This document shows positions 1 to 9,684 of a stretch of 64,000 nt of DNA, piece after piece. The notes beneath the pieces were generated by a model. It was given only the letters and a program-made list of their open reading frames with translations. It searched no databases and had not been told where the DNA came from. Made by a program: the position numbers and the translations under genes. This stretch comes from Escherichia coli (GTDB lineage: Bacteria > Pseudomonadota > Gammaproteobacteria > Enterobacterales > Enterobacteriaceae). Every line of letters starts with the position of its first letter. Position 1 is the stretch's first letter. The DNA is taken from the NCBI RefSeq assembly GCF_013315695.1, contig NZ_CP054353.1; one strand, given 5' to 3'.

Positions 1-783
1 GGCGGCGTGGAAATCGAAAAAGTGGCGGAAGAAACTCCGCACCTGATCCACAAAATTGCGCTTGATCCGCTGACTGGCCCGATGCCGTATCAGGGACGCG
101 AGCTGGCGTTCAAACTGGGTCTGGAAGGTAAACTGGTTCAGCAGTTCACCAAAATCTTCATGGGCCTGGCGACCATTTTCCTGGAGCGCGACCTGGCGCT
201 GATCGAAATCAACCCGCTGGTCATCACCAAACAGGGCGATCTGATTTGCCTCGACGGCAAACTGGGCGCTGATGGCAACGCACTGTTCCGCCAGCCTGAT
301 CTGCGCGAAATGCGTGACCAGTCGCAGGAAGATCCGCGTGAAGCACAGGCTGCACAGTGGGAACTGAACTACGTTGCGCTGGACGGTAACATCGGTTGTA
401 TGGTTAACGGCGCAGGCCTGGCGATGGGCACCATGGACATCGTTAAACTGCACGGCGGCGAACCAGCTAACTTCCTGGACGTTGGCGGCGGCGCAACCAA
501 AGAGCGCGTAACCGAAGCGTTCAAAATCATCCTCTCTGACGACAAAGTGAAAGCCGTTCTGGTTAACATCTTCGGCGGTATCGTTCGTTGCGACCTGATC
601 GCTGACGGTATCATCGGCGCGGTAGCGGAAGTGGGTGTTAACGTACCGGTCGTGGTACGTCTGGAAGGTAACAACGCCGAACTCGGCGCGAAGAAACTGG
701 CTGACAGCGGCCTGAATATTATTGCAGCAAAAGGTCTGACGGATGCAGCTCAGCAGGTTGTTGCCGCAGTGGAGGGGAAATAA
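1..783 (+). CDS. sucC: succinyl-CoA synthetase beta subunit, C-terminal part (5' end outside window)
   Basis: ORF open to window edge; translation matches the CoA-ligase C-terminal region of SucC; stop overlaps the sucD start (TAATG). Confidence 0.95.
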
Positions 784-1652
784 TGTCCATTTTAATTGAT
801 AAAAACACCAAGGTTATCTGCCAGGGCTTTACCGGTAGCCAGGGGACTTTCCACTCAGAACAGGCTATTGCATACGGCACTAAAATGGTTGGCGGCGTAA
901 CCCCAGGTAAAGGCGGCACCACCCACCTCGGCCTGCCGGTGTTCAACACCGTGCGTGAAGCTGTTGCTGCTACTGGCGCTACCGCTTCTGTTATCTACGT
1001 ACCAGCACCGTTCTGCAAAGACTCCATTCTGGAAGCTATTGATGCAGGCATCAAACTGATTATCACCATCACTGAAGGCATCCCGACGCTGGATATGCTG
1101 ACCGTGAAGGTGAAACTGGATGAAGCGGGCGTTCGCATGATCGGCCCGAACTGCCCGGGCGTTATCACTCCGGGTGAATGCAAAATCGGTATCCAGCCTG
1201 GTCACATTCACAAACCGGGTAAAGTGGGTATCGTTTCCCGTTCCGGTACACTGACCTATGAAGCGGTTAAACAGACCACGGATTACGGTTTCGGTCAGTC
1301 GACCTGTGTTGGTATCGGCGGCGACCCGATCCCTGGCTCTAACTTTATCGACATCCTCGAAATGTTCGAAAAAGATCCGCAGACCGAAGCGATCGTGATG
1401 ATCGGTGAGATCGGCGGTAGCGCTGAAGAAGAAGCGGCTGCGTACATCAAAGAGCACGTTACCAAGCCTGTTGTGGGTTACATCGCTGGTGTGACTGCGC
1501 CGAAAGGCAAACGTATGGGCCACGCGGGTGCCATCATTGCCGGTGGGAAAGGGACTGCGGATGAGAAATTTGCTGCTCTGGAAGCCGCAGGCGTGAAAAC
1601 CGTTCGCAGCCTGGCTGATATCGGTGAAGCACTGAAAACTGTTCTGAAATAA
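783..1652 (+). CDS. sucD: succinyl-CoA synthetase alpha subunit
   Basis: 289 aa; CoA-binding N-terminus [28 protein letters not shown] and phospho-His loop region; translationally coupled to sucC. Confidence 0.97.
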
Positions 1653-1752
1653 ATATCTGTAATAAGAAATAGCCCTCGCCGCTTCCCTCTACAGGAATGG
1701 CGAAGGGCTGTCGGTTTCGACATGGTTGGCCATCATATGATGGCCTTTTTTA
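1653..1752 (+). ncRNA. sdhX: 3'UTR-derived sRNA of the sdh-suc transcript (SdhX/RybD-like), ending at the sucD terminator
   Basis: Position immediately downstream of the sucD stop, two consecutive hairpins, the second followed by a T-run; assignment rests on recalled K-12 biology, exact 5' end not determinable from sequence. Confidence 0.5.
1728..1751 (+). terminator. rho-independent terminator of the sdh-suc operon
   Basis: Perfect palindrome ggccatcatatgatggcc followed by tttttt. Confidence 0.75.
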
Positions 1753-1857
1753 TTCGGGCACTAATCTGAAAAGTTTGCCCACTGCTTTTTTTCCCCATCC
1801 TCTGCGCAATAATGCCCGGCGAAATATCTCCTCTCCGTTCTGTAAAAGGATTTATAC

Positions 1858-3051
1858 ATGAAGAAAATTGTTCTGCCGGTTGCTCTGGCCCTGATGGGTA
1901 TAAATGCGGACGTTTATGCGGCCGATGTAAAGATCGATATTTTAAGTGCAACAGTGAAAGATAAACGCATTGAGGGGGCATCGGTGACGCTGCAACGCAA
2001 TGGCGCACAATCTGTTTCTGGCACCACAAATGCCTCGGGCAGCATTAATCTGGGCTCTTCCTTTGCCGATGATCAAGATGCTTTGTTAATCGTCAAAAAA
2101 GAGGGCTATTCTAATCTGGTGGTCAAATGCCCGTGTGCGGGCATGACTTATGCGATTAGTCCGGTAATGACTAGTCTGGATGGCATGCGTGTCGTATTGA
2201 GCTGGGGCGAAAAGCCTTTTGATCTTGATTCGCATTTGATCTTCCCTGGCGGACATATTTATTTTGATAGTAAAGAGGGGACTGATGCCAATCTGGATGT
2301 TGATGATACGGATAGCTATGGACCAGAAACTGTCACTATCAGCAAAAAGCATTTTGGCGAAAGTTACATCTATGCCGTGCAGGACTATAGCAATAAAGGG
2401 TTGCCCAACAGTAATTATCTCTCTGCCAGTAAGGCAAAAGTGTTTGTTTATGTAGGGGGCTCCCTGGTGCGTAGTTATAGTGTCCCTGCTGGAAAACGAG
2501 GGAACATCTGGACCGTGTTTAAACTCAATCCAAACGGCGAGTTTGAAGATATCAACTCTGTTACCACCGCCAATTTTAACGACACCACATTAGGCGTCAG
2601 GGATTTAGCCACTGTGATAATGCCTGCGACGGGTTCTTCAACTCCGGCTTCACCTGCGATGCAAAACAGTGGATATACTCAACTGGCAAGAAAATATAAT
2701 CGTGAAGGCGAAGCTGTTTACAAAACCGGTCAACTTGAGCAAGCCATTCAACTCTTCCAACAGGCAACAGAATTAGACGGCAATTACGGTCAGGCATTTA
2801 GTAACCTGGGTCTGGCTTATCAGAAAAATGGCAACATCGCGGAAGCGATTTGGGCAAATCGTAAAGCGATCTCGTTAGCCAGTGGAGCAAATGCGGCGAC
2901 AACGCGCGCTAACTCCTATTATAACATTGCCAAAATTTATGAAACTGCAGGACAGAACGCTGATGCATTGCAGCATTATCAACTCGCTTATGCGGAAAAA
3001 AATAAGCCCTCTTATGAAGAGGCCATCGCACGGGTAAAAGCGAAAATGTAG
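1858..3051 (+). CDS. exported protein of unknown function with C-terminal TPR repeats (middle region resembles a YfaP/DUF2135-like domain)
   Basis: 397 aa; N-terminal signal peptide MKKIVLPVALALMGINADVYAA; AAGGA RBS upstream; C-terminal TPR-like repeats; absent from the K-12 sucD-cydA interval as I recall it. Confidence 0.7.
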   Translation: MKKIVLPVALALMGINADVYAADVKIDILSATVKDKRIEGASVTLQRNGAQSVSGTTNASGSINLGSSFADDQDALLIVKKEGYSNLVVKCPCAGMTYAISPVMTSLDGMRVVLSWGEKPFDLDSHLIFPGGHIYFDSKEGTDANLDVDDTDSYGPETVTISKKHFGESYIYAVQDYSNKGLPNSNYLSASKAKVFVYVGGSLVRSYSVPAGKRGNIWTVFKLNPNGEFEDINSVTTANFNDTTLGVRDLATVIMPATGSSTPASPAMQNSGYTQLARKYNREGEAVYKTGQLEQAIQLFQQATELDGNYGQAFSNLGLAYQKNGNIAEAIWANRKAISLASGANAATTRANSYYNIAKIYETAGQNADALQHYQLAYAEKNKPSYEEAIARVKAKM

Positions 3052-3428
3052 CGGTTAGCAAACAGGAGGCTATGTGGTGTTAGCCTCCTTACCCCCAGGC
3101 CAGTGGGAATATAGTAATCATCGTTTTTAACATTCAACGTCCAGATTCTGCTTGAGCGTAAAAACAAGTCTTTAGATATTTTATAAATGATGAAGGGCTG
3201 GAAAGTGGTTGATGTCACCGACTCACGATCGTTATCGCCAGCAAAGCTTTTTTGCCATTGCACCAGACGCACCTTCAACCATTTTGGCGACGAATCAACT
3301 GCTACCGCCACCAGGCTTGTTTGCCATTTTCCCGTACCTAATTCGTCGCTTGCCGCACTGTTGGCTGTAATCAATGGCCCAATGCCCAACCAGATACTTC
3401 TATATCCGATTGGGTTTTGTTAATTGCG

Positions 3429-4025
3429 TTACCCCTTAAACGTTAACCTCGGTCGAAATCTGACCGCTGGCTGAATTAATCCGGCTTCTTGTTGGGCTTC
3501 GATAACCGGACCAATATCTTTATAAGCAGCTGGCGCTTCTTCAATACGCCGTTCTTCGCGCAATGTGACGCATTGCCACGGCAACGTTGACTCTGCAGTC
3601 GCGCGTGAGCGCATGGCCTGCCGACGCTGGCTGCGTCCTGCTCCGTGACTGCAAGACCACAGCCACTCCGGGTTGCCGCAACCAACCGCAAGCCAGGAAT
3701 AATCACCCATGGAACCGGGGATTAACGCCAGATCGCCCGCGCGTGCCGGTGTTGTGGCCACCACAGCGCCAACGGGGACGCCATTGCCGGGATGAAAATC
3801 TGGCGTCGCGCACGTCTGGCGCACATAACCTGGGTGGTCTGGTAGCTTCACTTCTGCAAAATCAAGCAGTTGTGTTACTGCTTTTTCTTCCAGCGGCAGT
3901 TCGTCCGGCAGCAGTACGCGGGCACTGGCACCTGATGGACGAGATAATGAAACAATATTGTTGGCGCGGGAAAGTTGGATCCCTTTGCGCAGAAAGGCTT
4001 TATCAAGCCTTGAAAGATGATGCAT
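3429..4025 (-). CDS. RtcB-family (RNA 3'-phosphate ligase) C-terminal domain protein; probably a truncated remnant
   Basis: 198 aa containing the RtcB C-terminal hallmarks PGSMG, SHGAGR and EAPAAYKDI...RP...KG; the N-terminal metal-binding half of the family is missing. Confidence 0.55.
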   Translation of the reverse strand: MHHLSRLDKAFLRKGIQLSRANNIVSLSRPSGASARVLLPDELPLEEKAVTQLLDFAEVKLPDHPGYVRQTCATPDFHPGNGVPVGAVVATTPARAGDLALIPGSMGDYSWLAVGCGNPEWLWSCSHGAGRSQRRQAMRSRATAESTLPWQCVTLREERRIEEAPAAYKDIGPVIEAQQEAGLIQPAVRFRPRLTFKG

Positions 4026-4276
4026 AACGCTGTCCTGAAATATAGACGTTAAACAACCCCCTGTATTGCGAGGGTAATTTTGTCTTTCCGGTCAGCAGCC
4101 AGCAAAAGGGAAAGAAAACGCGCGTAGTGTATGTGGCGATAGCAAGTTTTACAAGTGGTAAATCTGGCTTATTGTTAAAGAGGAATTATCTTTTGTGAAG
4201 TCTTTTAAGGCCATGACTCATTCAATTTAACCGGACATAGATAATATATAACATAGGGTATATAAATTTATCATTG

Positions 4277-4405
4277 TATACTTGTCATAATTCAAGTTGC
4301 ATGTGCTGCATCGATGTTCGCTCACCCAGGTCACTTACTTATGTAAGTTTCTGGAAATTCATTATTTGTTCCCTTCCTGCAACTTGACTTATTTAGAGTA
4401 TATTC
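4277..4405. repeat. ERIC/IRU intergenic repeat, degenerate copy
   Basis: Contains ttcaagttgcatgtgctgc and cgctcacccaggtcacttacttatgtaag; about 80% identical to the copy at 49934-50062, which matches the ERIC1R/ERIC2 primer sequences. Confidence 0.8.
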
Positions 4406-4614
4406 ATGTATATGAATAATATTCTTGCAATAATAGCTTTAAAGTATTGCATGCGGATAACTGAGGTGAAATTCCTGTTTTAGGATTATTGTCACTTTAT
4501 TTTCCTGGTTAGACATATAGCTGACTGGTTTGTTTATTTGAATTATGATATTCATTAGTGCTACTGTTTTTTATAAAATAATTTTTGAATTGTTATTTTT
4601 TCACGGACGGCATT

Positions 4615-5520
4615 ATGCGAGGAAAAATACCTAAAACGGAACTGCTGGTGACTTTTGAGGTCGTCGCACGTCATGAAAGTTATACCAGAGCGGCAGAGGA
4701 GTTAGCGTTAACCCAAAGTGCAGTATTCAGACAAGTAAGTGCGCTGGAGGAATTTTTACATACTCCGTTATTTTCACACTCTAAAAAACGCATTTTTCTT
4801 AATGATGCAGGGAAGTATTACCTGGGGATAGTAAAAGAAACATTAAATAAGCTGGAACGCGATACCAATACCATTATGACCTGGCAGCCTACGGTTCAGG
4901 TTATTGAACTTGCCGTTAATCCTACTTTTAGTACCCACTGGTTAATCCCAAATTTACATGAATTCACAAAGTTACATCCCGATATTATTGTTAATATTCA
5001 TTCTTTAGCTAATAACGGCGACTTTCTTAATCGGGAGTACGATGCTGTCATTATGCGCGAAAATTTTTGCGCGCCCTGGGCGGAAGTAGAGTATCTCTTT
5101 GAAGAGGAGATTTTGCCGGTATGCAGCGGCAGTTTGCTTGCAATGTCCGATCAAAAACTGTCAGTGGCAGAACTGCTTACTGAGTTACCACTTCTGCATC
5201 AAAGCACCCGTATTACTGGCTGGGAAGAGTGGTTTGCTTTATCTGGCGTTAGCAGTCCGCTGGTCAATAACGGACCACGTTTCGATTTGCTTTCAATGCT
5301 GATTGCCGCCGTGCGCTCTAATCTCGGCGTGGCGCTGTTACCACGGTTCGCTATTCAACATGATTTGGATAGTGGCGATATGGTGATTCCCTGTGATGTG
5401 CCTATTCGTACCGGTAATCGTTTTATTATGACGTGGCAGGAAGAGAAGTCTGACTCACCGCACTTGCAGCAATTTCGTGAATGGTTGCTGGCGAAATCGG
5501 TCGTACCGCAGGAGATGTAA
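4615..5520 (+). CDS. LysR-family transcriptional regulator
   Basis: N-terminal HTH (ESYTRAAEELALTQSAVFRQVSALE) plus substrate-binding domain; ATG at 4615 preferred over the TTG-extended ORF at 4585. Confidence 0.85.
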   Translation: MRGKIPKTELLVTFEVVARHESYTRAAEELALTQSAVFRQVSALEEFLHTPLFSHSKKRIFLNDAGKYYLGIVKETLNKLERDTNTIMTWQPTVQVIELAVNPTFSTHWLIPNLHEFTKLHPDIIVNIHSLANNGDFLNREYDAVIMRENFCAPWAEVEYLFEEEILPVCSGSLLAMSDQKLSVAELLTELPLLHQSTRITGWEEWFALSGVSSPLVNNGPRFDLLSMLIAAVRSNLGVALLPRFAIQHDLDSGDMVIPCDVPIRTGNRFIMTWQEEKSDSPHLQQFREWLLAKSVVPQEM

Positions 5521-5523
5521 AAC

Positions 5524-5550
5524 CTGCGCCTGGCGGGATGCCAGGCGCAG
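5524..5550. terminator. bidirectional hairpin between the convergent LysR and adenosyltransferase genes
   Basis: 10-bp perfect stem ctgcgcctgg / ccaggcgcag with 7-nt loop. Confidence 0.6.
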
Positions 5551-5553
5551 TTA

Positions 5554-6156
5554 TTACCAGTCGATACCCGGCTGGGCCTGAATGCCGTTATCAAAAGCAT
5601 GTTTGACGGGGCGGATTTCGCTTACCGTATCCGCCATTTTTAATATCTGACTGTGGCAACCGCGTCCGGTGACAATGACACTTTGTTGTGCCGGGCGGTT
5701 TTGCAGAGAAGCGATCACTTCTTCGGTGTCCAGATAATGGTAAGCCAGCATATAGGTCAGCTCATCAAGCACCACTAAGTCGTAACGCTTGTCAGCCAGC
5801 ATCCGTTTGCTTTCCGACCAGACCTCTTTCGCCGCGTCGATATCCGCTTGCCGGTTCTGTGTCTCCCAGGTAAAACCGGTTCCCATAATATGAAACTCAA
5901 CCCCCAGCGGCTGGAGAAGGTTGTATTCGCCGTTGTCCCATTGCCCCTTGATGTACTGCGCAACCCCCACCGTTTTGCCATGACCCACCGCGCGCGTCAC
6001 AGTACCAAACGCGGCAGTGGATTTCCCTTTGCCGTTGCCGGTGAAAACAATCAAGATCCCTTTTTTCTCTATCGCCGCCGCGACGCGCGTATCGACCTGT
6101 TCCTTCAATTTCTGCTGGCGCTGCACATGCCGTTCAGTTGAAATTCGCGCTTCCAT
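5554..6156 (-). CDS. ATP:cob(I)alamin adenosyltransferase (CobA/BtuR family), second copy
   Basis: 200 aa; P-loop VFTGNGKGKSTAAFG; near-colinear with E. coli BtuR as recalled. Confidence 0.85.
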   Translation of the reverse strand: MEARISTERHVQRQQKLKEQVDTRVAAAIEKKGILIVFTGNGKGKSTAAFGTVTRAVGHGKTVGVAQYIKGQWDNGEYNLLQPLGVEFHIMGTGFTWETQNRQADIDAAKEVWSESKRMLADKRYDLVVLDELTYMLAYHYLDTEEVIASLQNRPAQQSVIVTGRGCHSQILKMADTVSEIRPVKHAFDNGIQAQPGIDW

Positions 6157-6165
6157 TCATTTTCC

Positions 6166-7818
6166 TTAATGTCCCGCAGGGCAACTGGCGCAGCGGTGTT
6201 TCTGCTCAAACTGACTAAAGAAATTATTGCCTTTATCATCTACCAGGATGAATGCGGGTAAATTTTCCACTTCCATCATCCACACCGCTTCCATACCCAG
6301 CTCCGGGTATTCCAGGCAACGCAGACTTTTGACATATTCTTGCGCCAGTAACGCAGCTGCACCGCCAATACTTCCCAGATTGAAGCCGCCATGTTTGTGA
6401 CAGGCATCGGTGACCTGCTGGCTGCGGTTACCTTTCGATAACATCACCAGACTGCCGCCAGCCGCCTGGAAGGTATCGACATAACCGTCCATTCGACCGC
6501 CCGTGGTTGGACCCAGTGAACCGCAGGCCATGTTCTCCGGTGTTTTCGCCGGGCCAGCGTAATAGACAATATGATGCTTCAGGTAATCCGGCATCGGTTC
6601 GCCGCTATCCAGCCGCGCTTTTATTTTGGCGTGGGCGATATCGCGCGCCACTACGATGGGACCACTTAACGACACGCGGGTGCCTACCGGTAATCTGGCG
6701 AGATCCTGCATCACGTCACGCAACGGACGATTTAGATCCAGCTGTACATGTTGCGCGTGATTTTCTTCCCGCAGTGAGGCTGGAATATATTGCCCCGGAT
6801 TGTGTTCGAGTTTTTCCAGCCAGATACCGTGCTTGTTAATTTTTGCTTTGATATTGCGATCCGCAGAACAGGAGAGCGTCATAGCTATCGGGCAAGAGCC
6901 ACCGTGACGCGGCAGACGAATGACGCGAATATCATGAGCGAAATATTTACCCCCAAATTGCGCACCAATACCAAATTGCTGACTGGCCTCGAGCAATACT
7001 TTTTCCAGCTCAATATCACGGAATGCTTGTCCTTGCTCGTTTCCGCTGGTGGGCAAATTGTCGTAATATTTCGTTGAGGCCAGCTTGGCAACTTTTAAGG
7101 TTTGATCGGCTGAAAGCCCTCCGACGACAAAGGCGATGTGGTAAGGCGGGCAGGCAGCGGTGCCCAGCGATTTCATTTTTTCGATTAAAAATGCGGTCAG
7201 TTTTTCTGGTTGCAATAGGGATTGGGTTTCCTGATAAAGCGCGGCTTTATTGGCAGAGCCGCCCCCTTTATTAATACAGAGAAAATGGTACTCATCACCA
7301 GCGACGGCGCTGATATCAATCTGCGCCGGGAGATTGGTTTGCGTATTGACTTCGGTAAACATATCCAGTGGCGCATTTTGTGAAAAGCGCAGATTATTTT
7401 CCTGAAAAGTGGTGTAAATGCCTTTGCTTAAGGCTTCAGCGTCGTTACCTCCGGTCCATATCTGTTGCCCTTTACTGGCAACAATAGTTGCGGTGCCGGT
7501 ATCCTGACAGTTGGGTAATACCCCTTTTGCTGAGACTTCAGCATTACGTAATAACTGCAACGCAACGTATTTATCATTACTACTGGCGTGCGGATCGTTA
7601 AGAATGCTGGCGACCTGTTGCAAATGAGCGGAACGTAAGAAAAAAGAGGCTTCATAAAATGCCTGCCGGGCAAGCAGCGTTAATGCTTCAGGAGCGATTT
7701 TTATCACTTCTTCGCCGTCTAATTCCGTTACTGTAATATGTTGATCGCTAATTAATGTATATTCTGTACCGTCTTTATTTTGTAGAAACGGTTCTTGCCA
7801 GATAAATGGTTTGGACAT
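6166..7818 (-). CDS. fumD: class I (Fe-S) fumarate hydratase family; probable mesaconase/fumarase FumD
   Basis: 550 aa, FumA/FumB-like length and N-terminus ([11 protein letters not shown]...); lies in the methylaspartate operon. Confidence 0.8.
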   Translation of the reverse strand: MSKPFIWQEPFLQNKDGTEYTLISDQHITVTELDGEEVIKIAPEALTLLARQAFYEASFFLRSAHLQQVASILNDPHASSNDKYVALQLLRNAEVSAKGVLPNCQDTGTATIVASKGQQIWTGGNDAEALSKGIYTTFQENNLRFSQNAPLDMFTEVNTQTNLPAQIDISAVAGDEYHFLCINKGGGSANKAALYQETQSLLQPEKLTAFLIEKMKSLGTAACPPYHIAFVVGGLSADQTLKVAKLASTKYYDNLPTSGNEQGQAFRDIELEKVLLEASQQFGIGAQFGGKYFAHDIRVIRLPRHGGSCPIAMTLSCSADRNIKAKINKHGIWLEKLEHNPGQYIPASLREENHAQHVQLDLNRPLRDVMQDLARLPVGTRVSLSGPIVVARDIAHAKIKARLDSGEPMPDYLKHHIVYYAGPAKTPENMACGSLGPTTGGRMDGYVDTFQAAGGSLVMLSKGNRSQQVTDACHKHGGFNLGSIGGAAALLAQEYVKSLRCLEYPELGMEAVWMMEVENLPAFILVDDKGNNFFSQFEQKHRCASCPAGH

Positions 7819-7925
7819 ATTTCACTTTTCACCTTAAACGTTAGTTTTACTTAATTGCCGTCTAACTTCATGATCCGGCTTATAAAAATGCGTAGTCATT
7901 GGCTTCTGATTGCTTAAGATCCCCC

Positions 7926-9206
7926 TCAGGGCAGAGCAACGTTCGATTCATTGGGTTTTAATGCTTTACCCCGACAGCCCTCGCCGAAATGTTCGCCTTC
8001 CCACCGACTCACCATCGCAGCGCCCATTGCGTTGCTCATGACGTTTGTCGCGGAACGCCCCATATCAAGGAACGGATCAACGCCCATCAGCAAGATCAGC
8101 CCCGCTTCCGGAATATTGAACTGGTTGAGCGTGGCGGCGATAACCACCATTGAGGCGCGTGGTACGCCAGCCATTCCTTTCGAGGTCAACATCAGGATCA
8201 ACAGCATGGTGATTTGCTCACCGATGGATAAATGGATATTGCAGGCCTGGGCGATGAAAACTGTGGCGAAGGAGCAGTAGGCCATTGATCCAACGAGATT
8301 AAATGAGTAGCCAATGGGTAAGACAAAGCTGGCAATTTTGGGGGAAACGCCAAATTGCTCCAGTTTTTCAAGCGTTCCCGGAAAAGCCGCTTCAGAACTG
8401 GATGTGGTAAATGCCAGCAGGGCGGGTTCCGAAAGGGCACGGGTCAGGCGTCTGATGCAGGGGCCGACATAAACGATGGCCAGACCGATAAGCAGCACCC
8501 AAAGTAACAACATGGTGAAATAAAATTCACCCATAAAGATCCCGGCGCTCACCATAACTGCCAGTCCTCGTTCAGCAATCAATGCTGAAATAGCGGCGAA
8601 TACGGTCAGGGGAGCGAAGAGCATGACGTAGCCAGTGAGCTTTAACATGGCATGTGCCAGCGAATCTAAGGCGTGAACGATGGCGCTGCCTTTCTCACCA
8701 ATCGCCGTCAGGCTACAGCCGAGGAAAATTGAGAACACCACGATTTGCAAAATTTCATTGTGCGCCATGGCATCGACAATGCTGGTGGGGAAAGCATGCG
8801 AAATAAATACTTTTAGTGTAAAGGGTTCTGACGCGACCACTCCGGTGGTTTCGGCACCGTGTGCAACAAAATTAATTCCTGTGCCTGGCATGAAGAAATT
8901 TACCGTTATCAAGCCTAAGGCAATTGACAGCAATGAGGCGCAAATAAATAAAAAGAGTGTTTTAGAAAAAATACGACCAAGGGCTTTGGCATCTCCCATT
9001 TTAGCTATACCTACCACCAGGGTAGAGACCACTAACGGAGCGATAATCATTTTTATCAGTCGTAAGAAAATCGTCGTGAATATCGATATTTCTTGCGCAT
9101 AGAGTTTTGCGGTTTCCGGTGAAGCAGTGTTATTGAGCACTACGCCGATAATCATTCCAAGTACCAGCGCCAAAAGAATCATCGTGGTTAAACTTATTTT
9201 CTTCAT
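7926..9206 (-). CDS. DctA-like dicarboxylate/amino acid:cation symporter (DAACS family)
   Basis: Polytopic membrane protein of DctA-like length; start moved to the ATG at 9206, which is preceded by GGAGGA. Confidence 0.8.
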   Translation of the reverse strand: MKKISLTTMILLALVLGMIIGVVLNNTASPETAKLYAQEISIFTTIFLRLIKMIIAPLVVSTLVVGIAKMGDAKALGRIFSKTLFLFICASLLSIALGLITVNFFMPGTGINFVAHGAETTGVVASEPFTLKVFISHAFPTSIVDAMAHNEILQIVVFSIFLGCSLTAIGEKGSAIVHALDSLAHAMLKLTGYVMLFAPLTVFAAISALIAERGLAVMVSAGIFMGEFYFTMLLLWVLLIGLAIVYVGPCIRRLTRALSEPALLAFTTSSSEAAFPGTLEKLEQFGVSPKIASFVLPIGYSFNLVGSMAYCSFATVFIAQACNIHLSIGEQITMLLILMLTSKGMAGVPRASMVVIAATLNQFNIPEAGLILLMGVDPFLDMGRSATNVMSNAMGAAMVSRWEGEHFGEGCRGKALKPNESNVALP

Positions 9207-9251
9207 TTTTTCCTCCATCAGGTGCACGGCGATAAATCAGAATCAGGAGAA

Positions 9252-9283
9252 GTAGATGCCTGAATAGAGATTCAGGCATCTAC
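9252..9283 (-). other. intercistronic stem-loop (14-bp perfect stem, 4-nt loop) inside the operon
   Basis: gtagatgcctgaat agag attcaggcatctac; no U-run follows on the transcribed strand. Confidence 0.5.
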
Positions 9284-9366
9284 CTGCTATTACAACCTTA
9301 CAAATAGCTGAAGTGTTGAACTGCAATAAGTGACGGGATGTCAGTTGGCTAAAAGTATTCGGATTT

Positions 9367-9684
9367 TTACAAATCGAAACTCATATTTAATAAAGGTGCA
9401 TGTTGCTGTGCACCATAGACATCATTGTCACCTACATTCCCGGAGATAATATCTCGTGGCATGACGATTTTTACTGCGTTAGAAGGATCAAACCAGACAA
9501 TACGGTGAATAAAGTCAGGTTCAACATGATATAAGCGCGCAATCAGTTCTGGGGTTAATTGCCCTGATGATTTAACTCGCTCATAGTTTTCTTTCGTTTT
9601 AAATAAAATATCTAAAACCAGTTCGTAAGGTCCGGCATTTTTCGAACGAATGACTTGCGCCAGTGAGACAATTGACTGTTTCAT
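9367..9684 (-). CDS. small protein of unknown function (DUF4387/AtuB-like by recollection)
   Basis: 105 aa ORF whose start overlaps the stop of the upstream gene by 4 nt (translational coupling). Confidence 0.6.
   Translation of the reverse strand: MKQSIVSLAQVIRSKNAGPYELVLDILFKTKENYERVKSSGQLTPELIARLYHVEPDFIHRIVWFDPSNAVKIVMPRDIISGNVGDNDVYGAQQHAPLLNMSFDL

Noticed and set aside
855-1523. 222-aa ORF antisense to sucD
   Set aside because: Overlaps conserved sucD; typical antisense ORF in GC-rich coding DNA.
3012-3389. 125-aa minus-strand ORF between the TPR gene and the RtcB-like fragment
   Set aside because: Overlaps the 3' end of the TPR gene, has no RBS and no recognisable similarity.
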